A stretch of 64,000 nt of DNA, taken from contig JAKQKX010000069.1 of NCBI GenBank assembly GCA_029560465.1, positions 6,447 through 70,446 of the forward strand. Direction: 5' to 3'. The position numbers and the translations under genes are program-made. Shown here one piece after another: positions 30,016 through 37,548 of the stretch. Each line of letters begins with the position of its first letter. Position 1 is the first letter of the stretch. This DNA is from Candidatus Omnitrophota bacterium (GTDB lineage: Bacteria > Omnitrophota > Gorgyraeia > Zapsychrales > JANLHA01). Below the pieces are notes generated by a model. It saw nothing but the letters and a program-made list of their open reading frames with translations, did no database searches and was not told the DNA's origin.

Positions 30016-31251
30016 ATGAAGGTAACCGGAAAAATCCGTACACGTTGTGATACCTGCCGAAAGAATAACCTGAACGGTTTTGCCCCCTGCCAATGTAAGA
30101 CCAGACGCAAATATGTCGCCGAGTTTCGTATTGACGGAAAGAAATTTCGGGAAACCGTCGGATACAGCAAACGAAACGCCGAGCGCCGCCTCGCCGAAAT
30201 ATTTTCTCAGGTTCATGACGGGACATTCTTCAAGGACAAAAAGACAGAGACAGGGTTTAATGAATTCGCCGAGAAATGGCTGAATGACTACGCCAAGCCC
30301 CGCGTCAAAGAGCGCACGTATGTAACCTACCGGGGATATATCAGAAATCACCTGACCCCTTATTTTGAACAGGCCGAGATAACTTCCATAACGCAGGAAG
30401 TTATTGAAGGTTGTCTTTCAAAGCTCAATGAAAAACTTAATCCGAATACCGTTAATAAAATTCTGAAGATGCTTAAGACCATGTTTAAGTATGCCCGTCG
30501 GTGGAAGTATCGAGAAGACAACCCGGCATGGGATATTGACTGTTTTCTGGAAAAGCACCGTGAGATGGATTATTTAAACCCCGAAGAAATCCGTCTTTTG
30601 TTGGAACACAGCAGGGAGCCGGAAAGAACTATTTTTTTAACAGCTATTTTGACCGGGATGCGCAAAGGAGAAGTCTTGGCTTTACAATGGGGCGACATAG
30701 ATTGGAACAGCGATACCATTTATGTGCGAAGAAGCCTGCGCTGGAGGATTCGCAGAGATATCGGCGCTGAAGACAAGCGCTGGTGGTTTGATTCCCCCAA
30801 GACCAGAAATTCTGTGCGCGCGATTATCATGTCCCCACGGCTCAAGGAGGCGCTGGAAAAACACCGATTTATTCAGACTGTGGAGTTTGCTCAGAAAGAG
30901 AAGGGAAAGAAGCCATTCAATGCTGATGAGCTGGTATTTACCAATGGTGCCGGGGCCCCGGTTGATCCTGATAACATGATTAAACGGAGTTTCCAGCCGG
31001 CCTTGGAAGCGGCCGGACTGCGCAGGATTCGCTTTCACGACTTACGCCACACATTTGCCAGTCTGCTGATCGATCAGGGCGAAAACATCAAATTCATCCA
31101 GTCCCAGCTTGGCCATGCTTCTATTCAGACCACGATTGACCGCTACGGCCACCTCATGCCGCTTAAGAACTACATGGGCGTAGGGAAGAGGCTGGATGAA
31201 AAGATTTTTGTGGAACAAAGCCAAGAAATTCAAGAAGATAGCAAAATTTAA
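30016..31251 (+). CDS. int: Tyrosine recombinase/integrase
   Basis: TGMRKGE, PKT, FHDLRH, LGH, DRY; N-terminal CxxC..CxC. Confidence 0.95.
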   Translation: MKVTGKIRTRCDTCRKNNLNGFAPCQCKTRRKYVAEFRIDGKKFRETVGYSKRNAERRLAEIFSQVHDGTFFKDKKTETGFNEFAEKWLNDYAKPRVKERTYVTYRGYIRNHLTPYFEQAEITSITQEVIEGCLSKLNEKLNPNTVNKILKMLKTMFKYARRWKYREDNPAWDIDCFLEKHREMDYLNPEEIRLLLEHSREPERTIFLTAILTGMRKGEVLALQWGDIDWNSDTIYVRRSLRWRIRRDIGAEDKRWWFDSPKTRNSVRAIIMSPRLKEALEKHRFIQTVEFAQKEKGKKPFNADELVFTNGAGAPVDPDNMIKRSFQPALEAAGLRRIRFHDLRHTFASLLIDQGENIKFIQSQLGHASIQTTIDRYGHLMPLKNYMGVGKRLDEKIFVEQSQEIQEDSKI

Positions 31252-31355
31252 GTGTGAATATATAAGGCTATTTAGATTATTAGGTCGTTCAAAATCGAAG
31301 TCTCCCCCTTGATACGCCTGCCGGGGGTTGAGATATATCGGTGTGGTAAAAAATA

Positions 31356-31390
31356 ATAAAGGTTGCGTTATCGCAACCTTTATGTATAAT
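31356..31390 (+). promoter_or_regulatory. Promoter with perfect 12-bp inverted-repeat operator
   Basis: ATAAAGGTTGCG-TTAT-CGCAACCTTTAT overlapping TTGCGT-16-TATAAT. Confidence 0.75.
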
Positions 31391-31396
31391 ATAACC

Positions 31397-31675
31397 ATGA
31401 TCAAAGTGCGCAATTTTAAAATAACGCAAGTTAGCGATGGTAAGGATAATTCGTTTGAATATCAGAAACATGTTCTTGTGCCGTTACCCAAAATTCGGGT
31501 AGAGGAAGAAGAGCGGCCGGATGAATTGTCCGTGACGGAGTTTGCAGAGCAGGCAGGGATTACGCCCCAAGGTGTCAGAAAGATGATTAGTGAGGATAGA
31601 CTCTCTGCATTAAAGCTTGGAAAACGTTATGTAATCAACAAAGAAGAGTTGGTCAGGTATTTACAAACACAGTAA
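31397..31675 (+). CDS. HTH (excisionase-like) DNA-binding protein, probably leaderless
   Basis: LSVTEFAEQAG..VRKMI..LSALKLGKRYVI; ATG 6 nt after -10. Confidence 0.7.
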   Translation: MIKVRNFKITQVSDGKDNSFEYQKHVLVPLPKIRVEEEERPDELSVTEFAEQAGITPQGVRKMISEDRLSALKLGKRYVINKEELVRYLQTQ

Positions 31676-31725
31676 ATTTTTTTACCCTGGGAGTTTCCAA
31701 ATCGCAACTTTTAAGGAGAAATCAA

Positions 31726-32130
31726 ATGGAAGTATCAGACTTAATTTTGGCCGATTATGCGGCCGCAAACGAGGGGGGTAAATTTACACTGGTGGGAGCC
31801 GGATTCACTAAAATCAGTACTAAAAAGATTCCTTGTGTCCATCCAATGATGTTCTTGCTTGTGCGTCTTAAAGTTACGATCGCAGACAAAGGTAAGAACA
31901 AGGTGGATATCAAGATTATTGGAAATAAAGGAACGATTTTTAGGGCGGAGTGTGATGTGGATGTTTCCGATAATCATAAGGACGAAGAACACCTGCCTCT
32001 TCCGATTCGGATCAATAATCTCAAATTCGAACATGCCGGGGATTATACAATTGATGTCATGATCAACGGCCAATCAAAGTCGAGCCAAGCACTGACAATC
32101 GTTCAAATAAATCAGCCTGTTGGTAAATAG
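31726..32130 (+). CDS. DUF6941-like beta-sandwich protein
   Basis: LILADYA..GKFTLVG..GDYTIDVMING. Confidence 0.65.
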   Translation: MEVSDLILADYAAANEGGKFTLVGAGFTKISTKKIPCVHPMMFLLVRLKVTIADKGKNKVDIKIIGNKGTIFRAECDVDVSDNHKDEEHLPLPIRINNLKFEHAGDYTIDVMINGQSKSSQALTIVQINQPVGK

Positions 32131-32152
32131 GCTTCAGAGAGGAGATAAAGGT

Positions 32153-32857
32153 ATGGGTGCCTATAACATTTATTGTGATGAGAGTTGCCATCTTGAAAAT
32201 GACGGCAAAGACGTCATGGTTCTAGGTGCTGTTTGGTGTCCCCAGGACAGTAAGCAAACAATCTTCAAAGAAATTCGGGCAATAAAAAAGAAGCATGGCT
32301 TGGCCAAGAATTTTGAAGTGAAGTGGACTAAAGTATCTCCTGCCAAAGTCGATTTCTACAAAGATCTCGTGCGGTATTTCTTTGAAAATGATAATCTCCA
32401 TTTTCGAGCAGTTGTGGCAATCAATAGAAACAAGCTAAATCACAAGGCTTTTAATCAGGATCATGATACATGGTATTACAAGATGTTTTTCTTGATGCTT
32501 CGAGTTATCTTTGCCCCCGAGAACACCTACAGAATATTTTTGGACATAAAAGATACGTGTAGTGCTGATAAAGTAAATCAGTTACATAAGGTTTTATGTA
32601 ATGACAAGTGGGATTTTAATAGAGAAGCAATCCAGACTGTTCAGGCAATTTCTTCTCGCGAGGTTGAGTTGATACAGCTAGCGGATCTCTTGATTGGAGC
32701 ATTATCTTATACAAACAGAAATGAAAAATCAAGTCAAGGGAAGCTTCAGCTTATTGATTATATCAGAAAACTGGGGGGATGTAGTTTAACGAAAACTACT
32801 CTTGAGAAAGAAGAAAAATTTAATACCTTTGTTTGGGACCCCCAGGAGATCAATTAA
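32153..32857 (+). CDS. DUF3800 family protein (RNase H-like fold)
   Basis: IYCDESCH, EVKW, IQLADLLIGA. Confidence 0.85.
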   Translation: MGAYNIYCDESCHLENDGKDVMVLGAVWCPQDSKQTIFKEIRAIKKKHGLAKNFEVKWTKVSPAKVDFYKDLVRYFFENDNLHFRAVVAINRNKLNHKAFNQDHDTWYYKMFFLMLRVIFAPENTYRIFLDIKDTCSADKVNQLHKVLCNDKWDFNREAIQTVQAISSREVELIQLADLLIGALSYTNRNEKSSQGKLQLIDYIRKLGGCSLTKTTLEKEEKFNTFVWDPQEIN

Positions 32858-33417
32858 TGTGTAAACAACTCGAATGGCTACCTAGAAAACTGGATTACAA
32901 TAATGATTTCGGCGGCAACTGGGATGAATTTATAAGCCACATATATAATTTATTTTGCAAGGATTTCCTTAAGAAGCCGTATCCTCGATTTGATAACCGA
33001 AAAGTCGAATGTGATAGGAGAATTTCAGATGGGACGAAGAAAGAGGATGGTTTTTGGCATTTAGTTGACTGCGATGAAGAAGAAGACCGTTTGCCGGATT
33101 TAAGAAGAGCTGAAAAATTGCCGTGGGCTCGAGGCATTATTGATTATGCGGATAGCCCCCCTTCTGAACTTAAAGTGTGGGGAAATAGAGAGAAGCATAA
33201 AGGGAAGAAGGTGATAATTGTTTACATGTGGCTTGAAGCATTTGATTACGTAGTTATCTTGAAGAAGCTACCGTATACATACATGTTGGTATCAGGGTAT
33301 CACATAAAATATGGACACAAAAGAAGAGAGTTAAGGAAAAAATATAAGAAACGGATACAATGGAAAAGCGCCGTTCATTCGAACGACGCTTCAACTCCTT
33401 CCACGCATGGTAGATGA
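32857..33417 (+). CDS. Hypothetical partner of DUF3800
   Basis: TAATG coupling; FWHLV..PDLRRAEKLPW..DYVVIL. Confidence 0.75.
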   Translation: MCKQLEWLPRKLDYNNDFGGNWDEFISHIYNLFCKDFLKKPYPRFDNRKVECDRRISDGTKKEDGFWHLVDCDEEEDRLPDLRRAEKLPWARGIIDYADSPPSELKVWGNREKHKGKKVIIVYMWLEAFDYVVILKKLPYTYMLVSGYHIKYGHKRRELRKKYKKRIQWKSAVHSNDASTPSTHGR

Positions 33418-33421
33418 GCTG
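33362..33421 (-). ncRNA. Candidate ~60-nt antisense structured RNA
   Basis: Minus-strand promoter, two hairpins whose G-U pairs only work on the minus strand, U-tract. Confidence 0.65.
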
Positions 33422-33425
33422 ATTA

Positions 33426-33454
33426 ACTATAACATTTTGTTAATAATAATGCAA
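33426..33454 (-). promoter_or_regulatory. Sigma70 promoter for antisense RNA
   Basis: TTGCAT-17-TATAGT on minus strand. Confidence 0.65.
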
Positions 33455-33510
33455 GATATGCTTTTGCTATATTGGGGTCAGTGTAATGACCCCCATTAAG
33501 CAAGCATTTT

Positions 33511-34293
33511 TTAAGTTAGAGCAGGCTCTTTGTTATAGATCGTTTTTTCATAAAACTGTGTCGGCGTCAGGTTGCCTAGCGATTGGTGCGGGAAGTCGGT
33601 GTTGTAATCGTGAATCCACTTAGCCAAACGGACTTCAAAGTCAAAAGGATTCTCCCAATCGTAGGGCCAGACAATGTCTTCTTTAATGGTGCGCATGACA
33701 CGTTCAGTATCTGAGTTGCCTTTGGGGTTGGACCAGGTTGTAAAAATTTGTTTGAGTCCCAGGATTGAGCAATTCATCATAAATCGTTGACTCGTTGGTT
33801 GACAGCCGTTGTCCGATATCAAGAATAATTTTTGATCTTTGAGAGTTTCGCGAATGCCGTTGGGGAATCGGTCGTTGACCGCCATTTGCAATGCGTCGAG
33901 CCAGTGATCGGTTTTGGACTGAAGGCTCAAGGAATAGCCGACGATTTCTTTGGAGTGCCAATCAAGGACGATGCAAAGATACAACCAGCCCCAGCCGTGG
34001 AGTTTTATCTTGGTCATGTCGATACCCCAGAACTGATTGGGGCGTGAAGCGATGGGCTTGGGGCGGATGGGGCCACGTTTGGCCTTAAGACGCACTTGCG
34101 GAGTCACGATCAAGTTTTGTTCTTTCATGAGACGATAAACACGTTTTTTGTTAACTGTGATGCCTTGACGATATTTGAGATAAGACCAGATTCTGCGGTA
34201 ACCCCACAAGGGATGATCGGTCTTGATTTGTTTAATTTGATCCAGCATTTCTTGATTACGACGCATCACTGATTGGGATTTTGCTCTTTTCAT
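33511..34293 (-). CDS. IS3 OrfB DDE transposase
   Basis: WGYRRI, WGIDMT, SDNG, ERVMRTIKE. Confidence 0.9.
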   Translation of the reverse strand: MKRAKSQSVMRRNQEMLDQIKQIKTDHPLWGYRRIWSYLKYRQGITVNKKRVYRLMKEQNLIVTPQVRLKAKRGPIRPKPIASRPNQFWGIDMTKIKLHGWGWLYLCIVLDWHSKEIVGYSLSLQSKTDHWLDALQMAVNDRFPNGIRETLKDQKLFLISDNGCQPTSQRFMMNCSILGLKQIFTTWSNPKGNSDTERVMRTIKEDIVWPYDWENPFDFEVRLAKWIHDYNTDFPHQSLGNLTPTQFYEKTIYNKEPALT

Positions 34294-34565
34294 AGCTCGT
34301 ATTCGCTTTTTTTTAACTCGACAGTAAGATCGCCGATGATTTTTTTAAGTTGGACGACTTCTTGCTGGAGATGTTGTTCTTTCTTGGTGATATTCTTGGT
34401 TTCAAAGGCTTGGTGACCGAATTTCAGCAGATTATCGCGCCACTGGTAGTATTGCGTTTGAGCGATTTGATATTTGGCGCAAAGTTTGCTGATTTCAATT
34501 TGGCCGGATAAGCCTTCCAGCACGATTTGCAGTTTCTGCTGGCTTGTCCATTTACGTTTTTTCAT
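34290..34565 (-). CDS. IS3 OrfA
   Basis: KWTSQQKLQIVLEG HTH; A8 slippery run near its end. Confidence 0.9.
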   Translation of the reverse strand: MKKRKWTSQQKLQIVLEGLSGQIEISKLCAKYQIAQTQYYQWRDNLLKFGHQAFETKNITKKEQHLQQEVVQLKKIIGDLTVELKKSEYEL

Positions 34566-34910
34566 CGAATAAGCCTCCTTGTTTGGGAGCCTTATTCTAA
34601 CTTAAAATCCTCATTCTGTTAATGGGGAGCAGTATATCAGTATAATGAAGAGGTGGAGAAGTGGAATATTGAAAGTAAGAAGGTTATTTGATAATATTGC
34701 ACTAAAAGACTAAATTTATTAGCTATATCTCTACATATGCTCAAGTAAAGGCTTTATCGAACCATGCCATTGTGGTTCGATAAATTAAATATCCCTAACA
34801 TATTTAAATGCATAAGTCTATGTTATGTGCATGGTTCGGTAGGTCTGGCAATTTCAATATTTGAAATTGCCAGATAATAATTAAACTGCATGAATTATAA
34901 ATTAAAAACC

Positions 34911-34939
34911 TTGCAAAATATATAGAAATATTCTATACT
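34911..34939 (+). promoter_or_regulatory. AbiE operon promoter
   Basis: TTGCAA-17-TATACT with TATAGAA/TTCTATA inverted repeat. Confidence 0.6.
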
Positions 34940-34961
34940 TTAAGCGAGGAGATGAAAGAAA

Positions 34962-35555
34962 ATGAAAGCACTTAAAGAATTAAAAAGACATTTAAAACAG
35001 GGGCAAGTTTATCGTAGAAGTGATCTTGCCCAATGGTCCAATGCTGTAGATAGACATGTAAAACAACTTGTGGAAGAGGGAACTTTACAAAAGTTAGCTC
35101 AGGGATTGTACTATTATCCTATGAAAGCATCATTTGGTAATGTGCCTCCTGCAGATGAAAAACTTGTTGGTGCTTTTTTAAAAAGTGAAGACTTTTTATT
35201 AACCACACCTAATTTATATAATTCATTAGGAGTTGGTACGACACAATTATATAACAAGCGAGTGGTATATAATCATAAAAGGCATGGGCAATTTGTGTTA
35301 GGGGGAAAACAATTTGATTTTCGCCTTAAACATAAATTTCCCAAAAATCTTTCAGAGGAATTCTTATTAGTTGATTTGTTAAATAATTTAAATGAATTAG
35401 CAGAAGATAGAGAAGAAGTGGTGAAGAGTGTCAAAGTAAAAGTATTGGAAGAATCAGAATCACGGATGAAACGTACAGTTAATGAATATGCGGGAGAAAG
35501 AACCAAATCTTTATTTAACCAATGGCTATCAGAGGAATCTTTAGCACATGCCTGA
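34962..35555 (+). CDS. AbiEi-like antitoxin / transcriptional regulator
   Basis: wHTH LVEEGTLQKLAQGLYY; NSLGVGTTQ; coupled to AbiEii. Confidence 0.8.
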   Translation: MKALKELKRHLKQGQVYRRSDLAQWSNAVDRHVKQLVEEGTLQKLAQGLYYYPMKASFGNVPPADEKLVGAFLKSEDFLLTTPNLYNSLGVGTTQLYNKRVVYNHKRHGQFVLGGKQFDFRLKHKFPKNLSEEFLLVDLLNNLNELAEDREEVVKSVKVKVLEESESRMKRTVNEYAGERTKSLFNQWLSEESLAHA

Positions 35556-36495
35556 TTATCTGCATAATCATCCTGAATTCAAAGAACTTTTGCGGACCGT
35601 AGAGCATGAAAAAAGTATTGAACGTAGTCTTGTTGAAAAAGACTACTGGATCATGCATGTTTTATATGGACTACAACAGGGTGGATTTGAATTTGAGCTA
35701 AAAGGCGGCACATCACTTTCGAAAGGATACGGTATCATTCATCGTTTTTCTGAGGATATTGATATTCGTATTGAGCCTCCTGCGGATATGGATGTGAAGA
35801 CGGGCAAGAATCACATAAAGCCTGCTCATTGTGCAAGTCGTAAGAATTTCTATGATTGGCTTGCAGCAAACATTAAGATTGATGGAATAGAAAAAATAGC
35901 ACGTGATACTGCTTTTGATGACGAAATATATAGGAGTGGAGGGATTCGATTTTATTATAAGGATGCGTTGCCCCTTAAGGGCGGATTAAAAGAAGGAATT
36001 TTGCTTGAGGTAGGATTTGATAATATTACGCCTAATAGCCCTTTAACAATTAGTTCTTGGGCGCTTGATTTTGCACAGAAGAATAATATGGATGTAGTGG
36101 ATAATAAAGTTTATGATGTTAAATGCTATCATCCCGGTTATACTTTTGTCGAGAAGTTGCAAACTATTACAAGAAAATTTCGTCAATTTCAGGACACTGG
36201 GAAATTATCCCCAAATTTTATTCGACATTATTATGATGTCGCTTGTCTTTTAGATATCAAAGATGTTCAGGATTTTATAGGAACCAAAGAGTATTTAGAG
36301 CATAAAGATCGTCGATTTCGTGGAGGGGATAAAGAAATTCCTATTCAAGAACAAGAAGCTTTCTTGTTAAAAAATGCTGAAACAAGAAAACTTCTTGAAA
36401 AAGAGTATCAAAATACGTCTGCATTGTATTATCAGGGCCAAATTGCTTTGGATGATATTTTCAAGAAAATATCAGAGAATTTGAGCAATTTGTAA
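35548..36495 (+). CDS. AbiEii nucleotidyltransferase toxin
   Basis: EKDYW, LKGGTSLSK, RFSEDID, EK, RHYYD. Confidence 0.9.
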   Translation: MPDYLHNHPEFKELLRTVEHEKSIERSLVEKDYWIMHVLYGLQQGGFEFELKGGTSLSKGYGIIHRFSEDIDIRIEPPADMDVKTGKNHIKPAHCASRKNFYDWLAANIKIDGIEKIARDTAFDDEIYRSGGIRFYYKDALPLKGGLKEGILLEVGFDNITPNSPLTISSWALDFAQKNNMDVVDNKVYDVKCYHPGYTFVEKLQTITRKFRQFQDTGKLSPNFIRHYYDVACLLDIKDVQDFIGTKEYLEHKDRRFRGGDKEIPIQEQEAFLLKNAETRKLLEKEYQNTSALYYQGQIALDDIFKKISENLSNL

Positions 36496-36663
36496 GTCTA
36501 AAATGCTACCACTTTTGGTACCCGCTGGGTACCCAGTTTGTGCACAAAAAGGCAAAAAACGGGGAAACATGAAAGAAACGATATCTCTTATAACCGCATA
36601 CAGTGTATATGGATATAGAGAATCAGATACCATCAGAAAACACCTTGAAAAACGTCGATTCTA

Positions 36664-36709
36664 GCTCATAACCTGAAGGTCCTAGGTTCAAATCCTAGCC
36701 CCGCAACCA
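36664..36709 (+). other. tRNA-Met(CAT) 3' half, att site 1
   Basis: GCTCATAACCTGAAGGTCCTAGGTTCAAATCCTAGCCCCGCAACCA; no 5' half upstream. Confidence 0.9.
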
Positions 36710-37031
36710 ATATAAACCCCTGTTTCTCGTCGAGGAACGGGGGTTTTGTTTTGTCATTTTCCGGACCTTCATTCTTGATGAATTTTGACCAATTAGGCCC
36801 TATTTTGATGAAAAGTTGGCACGTATATGGCACATATTTGGCACACCAAAATCCCCCCCCAAGAGACTCCTTATCACAGTTTGAAATAAAGTGACTTGAG
36901 ATCGTTTATCAGCGCTCCACTGAGCGCATAAGAATGCGATTCGCAGGGCCCGCTGAGAAATACTTTGGTAATATAAAATGATGGTGTTACAATATGTAAC
37001 ACTTCGGAATAATCCCCCGAAAGGAAAAAAT

Positions 37032-37199
37032 ATGCCCCGAAAAGAAGTTGTTACAGCAGAAGAAGTCGCTAAGTATTTAAGAATACATCCATATACAGTC
37101 AGACGATTAGCCCGGGAAGGAAAACTCCCGGGCTTTAAAGTTGGTGGGCAATAGAGGTTTAAAAAAGAAGAAATCGATAACCCGAAGGACACAAAATAA
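37032..37199 (+). pseudogene. Excisionase-like HTH with internal TAG
   Basis: MPRKEVVTAEEVAKYL..FKVGGQ*RF; TAG at 37152 where Trp is expected. Confidence 0.75.
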
Positions 37200-37200
37200 T

Positions 37201-37548
37201 ATGACTGAAATCAAAGCGATCACTGAGAAAATCAAGAAATTTCGCGATGAACGAGATTGGAAACAATTTCACAATCATAAGGATATGGCTTTGTCAATGA
37301 TGCTAGAAGCGGCTGAGGTTTTGGAGCATTTCCAATGGAAATCACCATCCGAAGTCGAAGTCCATGGGCAAGCATGCAAAGATGAGATTTCAGAAGAGCT
37401 TGCTGATGTTGCTATGTATTTATTTGAACTCGCAGATAATCTTGGCATTGATCTGTCAGAAGCGATTCTCTCTAAATTAAAGAAAAATGCTCAGAAATAT
37501 CCGGTTGAGAAGGCCAAAGGTAAACATACAAAATACGATAAGTTATGA
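37201..37548 (+). CDS. MazG-like nucleotide pyrophosphohydrolase
   Basis: ERDWKQFH, EAAEVLEHFQW, EELADV, KYP. Confidence 0.9.
   Translation: MTEIKAITEKIKKFRDERDWKQFHNHKDMALSMMLEAAEVLEHFQWKSPSEVEVHGQACKDEISEELADVAMYLFELADNLGIDLSEAILSKLKKNAQKYPVEKAKGKHTKYDKL

Larger units (their letters stand above)
33482..34636 (-). mobile_element. IS3-family insertion sequence, intact
   Basis: Imperfect IRs TGTAATGACCCCCATTAA / TATACTGCTCCCCATTAA; 4-bp TCAG duplication (33478-81, 34637-40). Confidence 0.9.
1..36709. mobile_element. Integrative conjugative element (left end outside window) integrated at tRNA-Met
   Basis: Relaxase, VirB4/VirD4 T4SS, Xis and tyrosine integrase, defence cargo; ends in a tRNA-Met 3' fragment preceded by 11-bp-spaced GGTACCC repeats. 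Confidence 0.8.

Noticed and set aside
36640-36709. Complete tRNA-Met gene
   Set aside because: Only the anticodon loop to CCA is present, with no acceptor 5' strand or D-arm; the same holds at 43690 and 45650
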